A stretch of DNA of 64,000 nucleotides from Lingula anatina. Its lineage: Eukaryota; Animalia; Brachiopoda. The notes beneath the pieces were generated by a model. That model had not been told where the DNA came from, searched no databases, and saw only the letters and a list, made by a program, of their open reading frames with translations. This document shows, in pieces, positions 1-57,463 of the stretch. The translations under genes and the position numbers were made by a program. The stretch is from the NCBI GenBank assembly GCA_051362555.1, contig CM120640.1, positions 42,820,788-42,884,787 on the forward strand, read 5' to 3'. The number at the start of each line of letters is the position of its first letter. The first letter of the stretch is position 1.

Positions 1-519
1 CATTGTGGTGAGGATACATTGCCATAAATAATGAAAATTGTCTGTCCAGGTTAATGCTGTTGATGTTCCATTCTATCAATGTAGAAAAATTCTTAAACCC
101 AAATGTGCAAATGAAGAAAAAATGAAAGCTAAAGATTTTAAGGTAGCTTGAATTTATAATATTGATTGAAAATTGAACAATTTATTGTCTATCAGTAAAT
201 TCTGTATGTATTATGCTAATGTTTTGTATAAAGTTTGCATTTTAAGACGTATGGGGAATGTCTGAAATATGCAAACATGTTGACATTCTATTTTTTATTG
301 TTATAAGGCTTACTTGTGATTAATGGTGAAGAAATGTACCTAGATGAAATGTAAATAAACCATTAGTCAGACTTTTATAAAGAATGAAGTGTAATACTGA
401 TTATCTTTTTTTTCTTGCTGCTGGCTAGCTTCAACAATGATATCTAGTCATTGGTGATTGATATGTGGCTTTTTAATGCATTTAGAGATGTCATGTTGGT
501 GTTTCAGTAACCATACAGT

Positions 520-2500
520 TATTTATACATTGCTCATTTTGACTCGTTTTAGAACCTAGTAAGTTGGCTTACATTGTTACAACTAAAATTGATCCATGTC
601 AATAAATTTCTTCCTATGATGAAATAAAATATTTTTTATAAGTTCCAATTTTTGTTTTCTTGAATTTATTTCAGATACATACTCATAATTAAGCAATTGA
701 TTAATAGGTTGAAGGACCTACTATATCATTTGGTTAAGGTTAACAATGGTAATGATTTTGAGCTCGCTAATCTTCAGAGTGATAACAGGTGATTAAAAAT
801 AATCACCTATTTTCAAATAAAAAAAGAAAATAATTCTATGTTTAGTTTTGCCATATTATGCACACCAGGTGTGGTGCATTGTCCTTTCTGGCCCACTGAA
901 ACACGTGTGAGGCTACAAACTTTTTAACACCCCTTCAAACTTTGAACTATGTTTTACATAATTCAAATTTTTATCAATAGCAGGTAAAACTGTAATTCAA
1001 AGGGCTATTTTTGGTTTAACAAAACTTATTTTCCTGTTTCAATAACCATAAAGTTATTTATATGTTGCTCATTTGACCTATTTCAGGACCTTGTAAATTG
1101 GCTTACATTGCTAAACTGAAATTGATCTGTGTCAATTAATTTCTTCCTATGATGAAATAAAATATTTCTGATAACTTTTGTTTGTTTTTTTTTTATTTAT
1201 TTGATTTCAGATAATTGTATATCATTAAGAATTTGATAAATAGGGGGGAAGGACCTATTATATTATTTTGTAAAGGTTAACAATGGTAATGATTTTAAAC
1301 TTGCTGACCTTCAGAGTGATAATGGGTATGATTAATAATAATCACTTGTTTTCAAATAAAAAATAAAACAGGATTCTATGTTTAGTTTTGCCATATTATG
1401 AACCCCAGGTATGGTGCATTGTCCTCTCTGGCCTAGGGAAATGTGTGAGAGGCTCAAAACTTTTAGACATCCCCTCAAACTTTGAACTATGTTTTACATA
1501 TTTGAAAATTTTGTCAATAGCAGGAAATAATACTGTATTTCAAAAGGGCTATTTTTGGTTTAACAAAACAAAATGGGCTTATTTTGCTGTTTCAATAATC
1601 ATGCAGTCATTAATATGTTGCTCATTTGACCTATTTTAGAACCTAGTAAGTTGGCTTATATAATTGTTACATCTAAAATTGATCCATGTCAAGATATTTC
1701 TTCCTATGATGAAATAAAATATTTTTTATAAGTTCTTACTTTTTTTTGCATTTATTTGAATTCAGATACATACTTATTATTGAGTGTTTGATTAATAGGG
1801 GGAAGGACCTATCATTTTGTAAACTTAAAGGTTAACAATGGTAATGATTTTGAACTCACTGATCTTCTAAATGATAATGGGTATCATTAAAATAATCCAC
1901 CTATTTTCAAATTAAAAATAGAAAATAGTTTAGTTTTGCCATATTATCTACAGCAGGTAGGGTGCATTGTACTTTCTGACCCTTTTTGACATGTGAACCA
2001 TGTTTTCCATATTTTAACTTTTTTTTTCAATAAAGAAAAATGTACTGTAATTCATGAGCTGTTTTTAGTTTAACAAAAAGGAATTATTTAGCCATTTCAG
2101 TAACCTTGTAGTATTTTAAATATTGCTTATTTTGATGTATTTTATAATCTTGTCACTTGGCTTACAATATGTTACAATTAAAATAAACCTATAAAACATA
2201 TTAATATGTCTCCCTTTAAGAAAAAAATTAAAAAGTTATTTCCAACATTTTTAAATATTAATTTGATATCAGATTTTAATTATTAAGTATTTGCTTTATA
2301 GGGGGTGGCATTATTAATTGAGTATTGTTAAAGTTAACAATGGTAATGATTGAATCAAAATAGAATTATGGTTTTGCCATTTGATATTAATTACATTTGG
2401 AAGTGAACTAATCACCATGATTTATGAACTTCCTTTGACTGGATGTTGCATAATTCACATACTTTTAGTTAAAAATAAGAAAAGTTCTATATATATAGTT
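520..2500. repeat. Tandem array of about four diverged ~500-550 bp units
   Basis: Shared anchors recur: TTGCTCATTT at ~530/1065/1618 (variant ~2123); GTTAACAATGGTAATGATT at ~739/1276/1830/2333; TTCTTCCTATGATGAAATAAAATATTT in copies 1-3. Boundaries approximate. Confidence 0.85.
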
Positions 2501-2614
2501 TTGCCACAGTCGTCCACTGAATGCAATATACAAAAGTGTAATTATCTTGGCTGCGCTTCGATTATTACAATCTTGTTTGTCGCATACAGTGAACAATGAG
2601 TAACTGACTTATAC

Positions 2615-2725
2615 AGCCAGCAATTTCAAAGGAGGGTGGCCTCTATTTTTTTTTTTTTAAAGTGGACTTTTTACTATGAAACTTTCATGTACCTAGATCA
2701 AATTTTTCCTGGCATGGACTTCTTA
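2615..2725 (+). mobile_element. Degenerate fragment of the MITE family seen intact at 55208-55375
   Basis: AGCCAGCAATTTCAAAGG...AAAGTGGAC-TTTTAC-AT...CATGTACCTAG-TCA matches 55218-55295. Confidence 0.65.
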
Positions 2726-3124
2726 CCTACCTCTCAGAGAACCACGAAATGCTACTTTATTTTTCAACATATGTTGTCCCCTTCAAACACTACACTTGTT
2801 CTATAAATATATAGTTTGCCAGTCATTGAAACCCAATTAGTAAAACTCATCAAATTGGTCCCTTAACCAAACCTCCACAGCAGCTGTCAGCTCATCATCA
2901 TCATCTTCAGATCTCTGGTCCTGAAGGTGTTCTTTCAGTGGGGAAAAAGTGGAAGTGGCTGTGGGCAAGGTCTGGAGAAAAAGGGTAGCTGAGGGAGGAG
3001 TTCATGGCCACACCCAGGCGTTGCTTTCAATATGCAACTAGGCTGTTGTGGACTGTCGCCATGCCCTGTTGAAGCCAATTCCCATGACAGACTTCATTGG
3101 GGTATGCCTCTTCCACAAGACATG

Positions 3125-3670
3125 TTAGGCTCAAAACTTTTTGACACCCCCTTGTACTTTGAACCATGTTTTACAGATTTCAGTTTTTTCAATACGAGGA
3201 AAAAATACTGTAATTCACATGGGCTATGTTTGGTTTAACAAAAAATTTTGCTGTTTCAATAACCATATAGCTGTTGAGATATATGCTTGTTTTAATTTAT
3301 CTAGAACCTAAATAGGCTATAATTTGTTGCAACTGAGATCATCTATGCATGTACCATTATTAATAAAATAATTTCTTAATTCCTATGACAAATATAGAAT
3401 ATTTTTAAAGCTAATTCCAACATTAAAAATTAATTATTATATTTAGTTTAGTATTTGATTTGTTAGGGGAGGCATTATTAATTGGGTTTTCTTAAGGCCA
3501 ACAATGGTAATGTTTAAACCAGAAATAGAATTTTAGTTTTGCCACATGTTATTTATTACACTTGGGAGTGAATTAATCACGTGCACCTTAATGAAGTGTC
3601 ATCGACTGCAAATTGCATAATTCACATATTTCTGAGTCAAAAAAAGAAAAAAATCTATATATAGCTTGGC
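3125..3670. repeat. Further dispersed copy of the ~540 bp unit
   Basis: AGGCTCAAAACTTTT-GACA-CCC...ACTTTGAAC-ATGTTTTACA and AACAATGGTAATG motifs shared with 520-2500. An inverted fragment is present at ~3925-4060. Confidence 0.7.
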
Positions 3671-5352
3671 TGTGTGTTTCCATAATGTTTGCAGAAATTA
3701 ATCACCTCAATTAGTGTGTCATATGGCCCACTACTTATTAGAGCACCACAAAATGTTTGATGATAATATTGTGAACTATGTTTTACATATGTTAACTTTT
3801 GTTGGACAGTAGGGAAAATAAAACTGTAATTCACATGTCCAATTTTTGATTTAACAAAATAATAATTCTGAAATCTATTACCCTTCAGATTAGTAAGCAG
3901 ATATCATCAAGAACACCTAGAGTCATTATATTAGAAAATAATTATCTGACATCAAATTAATCAAAAAATAAATGTTGGAATAACTTTTTCAAAATATTTT
4001 ATCTTTTCATAAGAAGAAATTAATTTCTTATGTTGTATGAGTTGGTTTTTATTGTAACATTGTAAAAGCATTTTTTAACCTACTATTAATTATAAATAAT
4101 AGATAACACTTTTAAGTGTTATCTATTATTTATAATTTTAAGTCTAAAAAATAAAAGGAATTGAAGCCTAAAATATGTGGACATGAGTCACTGAATCAGA
4201 TATGACATTCAGATCTCAAGTATCTGTATCTGCTAAAAAAAAAAAAAAAAAAAACACAAACAAATACAATGCATATAAAAGCTCATTTGAATCACAATAT
4301 ATTCCAGCATAAGGAAAGTGGGTCAGTTGCTAGAAGAGTTGAATGTTTGTACAGTGCAGCAGCTATTAATACAACAACCAGTTCCTGTGTACTTGAACAT
4401 TATATGGATCTGTAAGTTATTTACACAAGCACATTTATATTTTTACCGAAATATGCAAAATCGATTGTCAGTTTTTAGGCTTACATGTGACTCTATTAAT
4501 GGCTTCAGATTTATTTATACCTATACAAAATATACCAGCTCTTTTAGATACAGATGATTTAATTTATGCCCAGACTCAAGAATATTGAACATTGGCATGG
4601 TCTTTTATAAAGTGGAAAGGTAGAGGCACGTTTCAGAAAAGAACTCCAAGACCTTAACTTTTAGTCTATTTTGACCGGAGATGAATCAATAGTAGCCTGC
4701 TGATAAGAGGACAATGGGCCTCTTTAACAAAAAGTTAGTAATCTCAGAGAAATGGTTTTTATTTTGAACTTGTATACCTTTCTTAGAAAGCCTAGCTACT
4801 ACATTTTTAGCCTGAAAGTAAGTAGGCCCAATTTTAAGGCCAACTTTTATAAGCTCTTTTGTGAAACTTGAGCCTGGGTTCAAATTTCTTGACACCAAAC
4901 AAAGACAGCATAGTATTGATCAGTATTCTTTATTGGAAAATCTAAGTTTATTTTGGGATTTGTTTACATTGATAGAATGGAGACCTTCAGTTAGTGACAA
5001 GACACATATTTGCAATGTATGCCGGCTCAACACTTATCTTTAATCTCAATTGCACAAATTGTCAGAAGTCTTGGCCTAGATGGCCTAATAGGGTTGACAT
5101 ATTACAGTCAGAAGATAACCTGGAATGTGATATGTCTTCACCTTTGCTGTGTAACTGACCAAGTTAACACTACTGGAGCTCAGATGTACAGACATGCTCT
5201 GTAAATAATTACAGGTAGGGTTTCAGTAAAATTTCTTTTTCTGCTTAAATACATATCACTACAAGGATGTAAGTTAAAAAAAAACACTGGTTATTAGAAA
5301 TTATCCCAATGGCAAAAATAATTTTATCTTTCTCCCTGCACAGAACATCAAG

Positions 5353-7022
5353 ATGGGATCATTTACAATTCTGCGTGATCTGGACTACACAGTATCTCCA
5401 ACAGAAACCAGTTCGAAAGAAAAAACCTGGAATCCAAAGTCAACTCTAGACTTGTATCTTCCAAATGAGAAACCACCAAGCAGAAGGAAGGATGTGGGCA
5501 AAAACGAGCACATTTCTGAATTCCCAATTGTTTTATTTGTCCATGGTGGTGGCTGGAGGCGGGGTGATAAGTCTGCATGGAAACACTACATCTCATTTCA
5601 TGACACAAACATTTTTGCTGCATTAATTTTGTGGTATTTCAACTTGTATGGCAATGTTGGCGAGTCATTAGTGAGACACAACATCGCATGTGCAATTGTC
5701 AATTATCCTCTTGGCAAACTTTCATTTCCTCACATTTTACTTGAAATGTTTGCTTCATTCCTGTCTTCAAGCCTGTGCTTCAGTCTGCCTACACTTTGTC
5801 TTTGGGTTACTCTAAAAGTTCTTCAAGATCTTCTCATATATAGGGCAGGGTCAAGTCAATATCTGTCTCAGCTGTTTGAATATGACTACATCCACATAAC
5901 AACTGTGCTATTTTTGTGCGTGACAATGTCACAGTTATTGAAAATTGCAGTCATATTTTGGAACAAAAAAAGATATAAGATGACTGATACAAGTATCATG
6001 CTTCATATTTTACTGGTCGTGGGGTCAGGAATAACTATCATCTTCCTAATATCATCAAGTACTAGTACTGTGCCAAAAGAACAAATGTTTAAAATGTGGT
6101 GTGCAGGCATAACAGTTTACACAGAGGGAATTATCTTTTACAAGTATATGACTGAGCTGGACTCTACAAACAATTCCAATCAAGCAGAAGCTGTTGCCAA
6201 AAGTATTGCCTGGATAAAAAAATATGGTCATATGACATCATCATTTAATCCTGATTGGTTATTTCTGATGGGTCATTCTGCTGGGGGTCATTTGGTTTCG
6301 CTGGTAACATTAAATGGCAGGTATCTGGCTGCAGAAGAATGCTCTAGATCTGATATCAAGGTGCATACATGCGTTTCATCTACTGTAAATAAATTTGGAC
6401 TCTCAAATTGTAGCTTATAAAAATGCATAATGGCCAAAGTATGGGGATGATTTTATAACTTTAATTACTGTGCACTATTCCAATCTATCCCATATATTCA
6501 TTTTATATTCATCATGAAGTTTGACAAGGGATTTCCAAACATGAACTTTTGTATTACATTCTTATTATTCTGGAAAATATTTGTATAAAAAGTACATTTT
6601 TCCTCATTTCCTTTCAGGGAGTGATTTCCATCTCAGGTGTATACAATGTCAAAATGCTTGCTATTGATAAACTTGTTGGGTTCGTTAAACATTTCTACAT
6701 ACATCCAATATTTGGATCCAGTCAAGATAATCAAGTGGAAGCATCGCCGTCCTTTCACCTAGATTTTGTCCAATCAGACGTACTGCCACCATTTTTGATA
6801 TTAAATGCAGAAAAAGACTACATGCTATTAAATGATGCCAAGGACTTTGTTGCAAAGCGAAAAATGCAAGGACACGAGTGGGAACATGTGGTTGTGCCAG
6901 GCACCAACCATTTGAATACTATGACTTGTTTTGGACAGACAAAAAGTGCCTGCAATCCTGCATCACTATGTGCAAGATTTATTGGAGACATTCTTAAGGC
7001 TGTTCCTAAAAGCAAATATTAA
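5353..7022 (+). CDS. GDXG/HSL-family alpha/beta hydrolase (kynurenine formamidase/isoprenylcysteine methylesterase-like carboxylesterase) with multi-pass hydrophobic insertion, 470 aa; coding exons 5353-6360, 6618-7022
   Basis: LDLYLP...IVLFVHGGGW (oxyanion hole), FLMGHSAGGHL (nucleophile elbow), then after a phase-0 intron (AAG|GTGCAT ... TTTCAG|GGA) GVISISGVY, LPPFLILNAEKD (acid) and VPGTNH (His). Acceptor CTGCACAG lies just upstream of the ATG; AATAAA at 7134 and 7149. Confidence 0.88.
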
Positions 7023-7580
7023 AGCAATCCATTCCATAGTAAAAATTCAAATCATGGTTTTTATTTTTATTATTATTGTTACCTTTTTTGTCTGTCAATT
7101 GGATGGCTCCAATCTGGCATGACATTCTTGATAAATAAAGTTTGAAAAAATAAAACAACATAAAACTATGGAATTATTTCCAACAAACTAATTTATTCAA
7201 GATACATGTTTTACACATTAAAAGCTAACCATACCCTGGCAACTGAAATACTTAATATATAATATTCAATTTGCCACTTGACTTTGATATCTAATTGATG
7301 ATACTATAGCTGCCATAATATGCAAAGTACTTTGTGGCATGCAAGACGTTCAATCTCTGGAGTATAATCAAAATATGCCAGCACATCTTTGCTACAAATG
7401 TTTCACATGTGCATGTGCACATATACTTAAAACCTCTTATTAAACCACCTTTTACACTCACTGTGATAGCAGTTTTAAAAAATTTTAAAGCCCATACTAG
7501 TATGTATTATGACCTTAAAACAAAAGAATTAAGGACATTTTTTAAAATGAAACTGTCAGGAAATACATGATTTTTTTACA

Positions 7581-7764
7581 GTGTGTGTATGTGTGTGTGT
7601 GTATGTGTGTATGTGTATGTATGTATGTGTGTGTGTGTGTATGTATGTGTGTGTGTATGTATGTGTGTATGTATGTGTGTATGTGTGTGTGTGTATGTAT
7701 GTGTGTGTGTATGTATGTGTGTATGTGTGTGTGTGTATGTATGTGTATGTATGTGTGTGTATGT
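7581..7764. repeat. Compound (TG)n/(TATG)n microsatellite
   Basis: Directly visible; explains the spurious CVCVCM ORFs. Confidence 0.97.
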
Positions 7765-8367
7765 GAATGTACGCTGTATGTTTCTACATGGTTATTTGTT
7801 ATTTGTTTTAAGATTCTATCTCCACAGTTGTATGTGCTTTCACATAATGCTGTTTGAATTGCCCAAATAATATATTGAATGACAGTAAATACATTTTTTC
7901 AAACTCACTTTAATGAATGATTTTCTGAATACTTTATCCTTAAAATAAAAAAACATGTTTTTATAAACTTGAGCATTTAACTTGAATTTATTAAAAGTTA
8001 ATGATAAATAAATGATTTCAAAAAACTTTGCTTTGCACATAAAACATTCAATAAGATTAAATGAGGAGAAAGCTTTCAGAGTCTGTTAAATCGGTCTTTA
8101 TTATCATTTAATGTATCAATTTTATTTTCCTAATCTTAAAATCAGTTACTATCAACGACAAATATTACAATTTTCAAGTATGTCATCAAATTATGACATT
8201 TGTGAAGCGTAAAAAAAAAAAAAAAAAAAAAAAAGAGAGGGAAATCAGATGTAGTTGAGAAAAAGATGAACTACAAGTCTACAGCCAAGATTACAAGAAG
8301 TTTAAGTTTAGAAAGACGAAAAGTTTCCCATTCCTTCTAAATAGCTGTCAATGTTGGTTTGAATACT

Positions 8368-52930
<44,563 letters not shown>

Positions 52931-54268
52931 GTTTGTTGTCTTTGCAATTAGGTCACGTTATTTAGGCCAAGGTAACTGACACAGCTCAACTCAAACTCGT
53001 GTTTATTCAAACAGCAAATTCTGTTTACTAGAAATGCATTGTTAGTTGTTCATAAGAAATGGAATAAATAAAGGAGACTGATGAACGTGTTCACTTACGT
53101 CACCCGTTACGTTATGAGCACAGGTAAACCTGAAAAGCGGCAAAGCTTGCTTAGCAGTTTTACACGCATATGCCTATCAAAACAGCGTTTTAATAACATA
53201 AATCTGATACATTATTCCAGAAACAAGCGCTACAAATATATGGCAAAGAAGAAGGGTCACATGTGAATAATTCCAATGGCTTCCTCGCCAAATGCGCAGT
53301 TGTGAAAATAGCCGGTTCCTGTTCCACGCTGAAAAATGTCACCAAGCATTAAAGGGATTCCTAAATAAAGAGCATTAAATTCATGCTTTAAAGTTGAGGG
53401 TAAAAAGATTATCACTCATTCTCAATATATAGGTCCATTTAACTTTTTTTATTAAAAGTAAGCGAACATCAGTCTAGCAACTTAAAAGATAAAAATAATA
53501 ATTAAGCCCCAACTACATGTAGATGTACATGTAGCCTACCTGTTCTCACACAAAAACAAACGAACTAAATTCGCAGCACCATCTCACAGTCTCCAATCGT
53601 TCTAGTTCATTAGTTCATTTACAAAAGTAGAAAATCTAAAATAAATAGAAAATCTGGTGTGGGTAATAATTCTTCCGTAGTAGTTGAAAAACTTATCTTT
53701 AAAAATATAAAGTTTCTCAGTTTTACAAAGTTCATATCCCTGTATACATCGTTTTGGAATTTGACCTTTTTCGTAGAATGGTTGTTTATTTATGGGCTAT
53801 ACGTTTTTTTTTTTTTAATATTTGAATTAAATTTAAATTTAAATATTTTTGTTTGATCGCAGTCTACTAAATCATCGGTAAACATAAAACATAAAAAACA
53901 GTTGGCCCTAAGTAAATGGCAAAATTAACTTAATTGAATATGAGATACAAAGTCACCAAATAAATTAATTCAGAAAAATACTTAAAACTGAAATATGTAG
54001 GCCTACCCACGATAATTTCACAATTTTTGGGGCATATGAATAACGCACGAGCATGCTTGTAATGCTGGTAATGCGTGTGTCCGTGTCTCACACATGGGTT
54101 GATTATTGGTTATTTCAAATATTAATTTTCTTTTAGCGACATAATTACTACCAAACCGACCAAGTCTACCCAAACAGGCAATTTGAGAAATGACAAATTA
54201 TTCAAGATCTAGAAAGCTTGATCCTCAACAAAATGCATGCATTAATCTTGAATCAATAAGATGACGGC

Positions 54269-54317
<49 letters not shown>

Positions 54318-55207
54318 GTTACGAACAAATAAAGGTTACCATTTGAAAGATAGATGATATCCAGATAATTATAAAACAATTGTCAGGCGATAATTAGTTC
54401 AGGTAAATATGCCGAAGCACTTAAATATCATAGTGTCCACGTCCCTGGCTCACTGTCGCTTGCTCCAAACTCTAACGTACCGAGAGTGATTTTGTCCGAG
54501 GTTCTAACGAAGTTTGATGGGTTCAAACGAAAGAAATGGCATAGTAGATTTGAGAAAGAATGATAAGAATGATAAAAAGACTGTTTACATCGATAATATA
54601 GCAGTTAAGCAAGCAGACGATTTTACACTGCTTGGGTTGATCTCAATATCAACTTGATTTGTCGTAACCATTTACACAAACAGCTAAGGAAAGCGAGACT
54701 GGGAGTTTACTTTCCAAGAAAAACTAAGGTGGGCTTACCGAGACGTGCAGAAGAATAGTGGGGTTGGATTTTCCCTCTCCTAGAAGCATTTATATGGAAA
54801 GGGTAGCTTCCAAACAGTTAAGATTATTAACAATAACTTTCACCCTGCTAATAAACTAATTTTCTCCCAAGCAAATGTAGACCTTTAACTTTAAGAGGAA
54901 GCAAACAGTTTTTAAAAAGCTTTTATGCAACCGCTGCATCTCTTTTAAATAGTAAAAGATAATTTTAACAATTACTCTCAACCTTTCTTTTTATTTCTGT
55001 TGGTATCGTTTTTTACTATTTTATTTTATTTCTAATTATCTGTTTGATCTTTCTTAAACCCGAGATGTTCAAACAATTTCCGTTAAAATTATGTGTATTT
55101 TATAATATATGTATACAATAGCCGTATAAACTCTTTCATTATTATTGGGTTCTTTTTCTCACCGCACGAAGTTTGAAGTTTAAATAGAGCGAGTGGCAGA
55201 GAGTAAG

Positions 55208-55375
55208 CAGGCCCGTAGCCAGCAATTTCAAAGGGGGGGTTCTTTTTTTGAAAAAGTGGACCTTTTACCATATAATCCCCATGTACCTAGGTCATATTTT
55301 ACCCAGAGTGGACCTTTTTCCAGCAAAAAGGGGGGTTCTCTTGAACCCCCCGAACCCCCCCTGGCTACGGGCCTG
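55208..55375. mobile_element. hAT-like MITE with 15-bp TIRs and apparent 5-bp TSD
   Basis: GTAAG-CAGGCCCGTAGCCAG ... CTGGCTACGGGCCTG-GTAAG. Confidence 0.8.
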
Positions 55376-57419
55376 GTAAGAGTGGGTAAGTGAGAGAGTC
55401 GATAAAAGAGTGAGCGAAAAGGATGGCGGAATGGAGCCAGCGAGCAAGATAGTGAGAGCATGGAAGTACAACATGGTGCATCCACGGTAAGAGCGAGCGG
55501 CAGAGTGAGTGGAGCGCGCAAGCGAGCGGCAGTGGTGCGAGTGACAGAGTTTAGTGGGTGCTATCCCCCTGGTAGATATGACACATGAAGATAATAATTA
55601 ATTGAAGACCAAGCTGTACGTTTTAAATGTATGTACGTCATGCATAAAAACACCTCAGTGGCCAAAACGAAGGGGGGGGGGGGGGGGGGGGGGGGGCGGG
55701 CATGGGGGAATGTCACGCTACAGGAGCATGTCGATGCAGGTATTATCAGAATTCAAGGCAGTAACGACGTGGGGTTGTAATGATGCATGAAGGTAAACTA
55801 TAGGTAAAAGGTCATTTTATTGGGATGAGAAAACTAACAACAATTTTTTTTGTTTTTACACTCTGACGGATGCAATTATAAATCATAAATACAAGACCCT
55901 AATAGACAATACATTTATTGCTTCATACCTTTTACAATAAAAAAAACAACCAATCACTGATGTACACTAGTTACTTCTCAAAACACAGAAAAGCGGACGG
56001 AAAATGTTCAGATTAAGTAAATGTTGATTATGTGCATAAAGGTCATGACAACGCAAATGCATTGAAAATAATTTGGCGACTCTTCTACACTGAAAAAAAA
56101 AAAAAAAAGAGTGCCATGATGCATCAACTTAGGGGAAGGAAGAAACTAAGACTGGGGTAAGGTTGTATCTTCAGCAAAACAAATGCTGTGCCTGCTTATT
56201 CTTTGGATCCTGCTATCCTAACCAAAACTCTTGCTCATTACCGAAGGTAATTTGGAAATAATGAAATGATTGTACATATATATATGTACATTAAAAAAAG
56301 AAAAATAAAACTATATTTTATCATTTCTATATCCTTTAGGTTAACAAACCCTTCTAACAGCATTTCACTTATTCCGTTTTAGCTGTATCTGATATTCACT
56401 AATTTACTTGTTACAGTTTGCATTACAAACAAAGTTTAGGTTAAATCACTTAATCTGGTAAGTTAATAATTCTCTCACAACTGAAAATTACCAAACACCA
56501 GTCCAAGCCTATAAAATCAAATTTGTTAACATAAATGGGGAATAGGACCAAGCTAATGTTTGCACAATTTGTTATGAAGCTTACTCTACAAAAATACATT
56601 TTCATAAATGTTATAGCCCATTTCATTTTGACAAAATTAGAACAGGGAAAAAAATGCATATTTACCAGTTAATTAGACGACAAATAATATTCAACAGAAG
56701 CTACATTGGGCAAAGCTTAATCATTTCTCAAAATATTCTTTTCACGTCTAACACATCCTGAGGAATGTTCAGATCTTAGGAAAGTACAGAACTGAGAATG
56801 AAAAGTGATGTAGACCTACCTTATTATGGTTACAAATTTACAGTTATTTTATCATTGGACATACTTTTTATCAGTGAAAATACATAACCCAAATGAAAAT
56901 ATTATCACAGATTTAAAATGTAGATAACCATAGGAAATCTGTTTAGATATTTTGCATGCACATAAAGCTAAAACATGCTTAAAACAATATAAAATAATTA
57001 TAAAACAATTACAGGTACAAAACTTAATAGACTACAAACCTGTAAAAAGATATAAATAGCTTTATGAATATTCTGTCTCTTAATCATTATTTATATTATT
57101 TGGTGGAATGTCTTGTGGCACCACTACAAAATTACCCAGTACTTGTGTCACATCAGCACCAACATCCATACTTAAAGATCCACCATGATACAAAACAATA
57201 TGCTTTTTATATACATTTGCTTACTGAACCAAAGAGGCATATATAAGCCATAACCTAGAAAAGAACTAGCAGGACGGTGATAGCAATTCACCTTGGAACT
57301 GGGTCCAGTTTTACAAAAGAACAAACATGAAAGTTTCTTTTAAACTTTTACAAGTATAAATATAGTCTTCCTTGATCAAAGTCAAATCAGTAGCAGTCCA
57401 ATTAAGTGAGGACATGAGA

Positions 57420-57463
<44 letters not shown>

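Noticed and set aside
4260-5040. Possible decayed LINE 3' region (RLSVFRL.., ICNVC)
   Set aside because: Motifs too weak to call by eye.
6361-6420. ORF-track C-terminus VHTCVSSTVNKFGLSNCSL of the hydrolase
   Set aside because: Read-through into the intron; the catalytic Asp and His are in the exon starting at 6618.
7567-7870. Cys/Val/Met-rich ORFs
   Set aside because: Translations of a (TG)n microsatellite.
53107-53199. MLLKRCF...MRVKLLSKLCRF as the OXCT1 presequence
   Set aside because: Hits TAA before a phase-compatible donor; 52930-52841 fits exon 2 in phase with a better start context.
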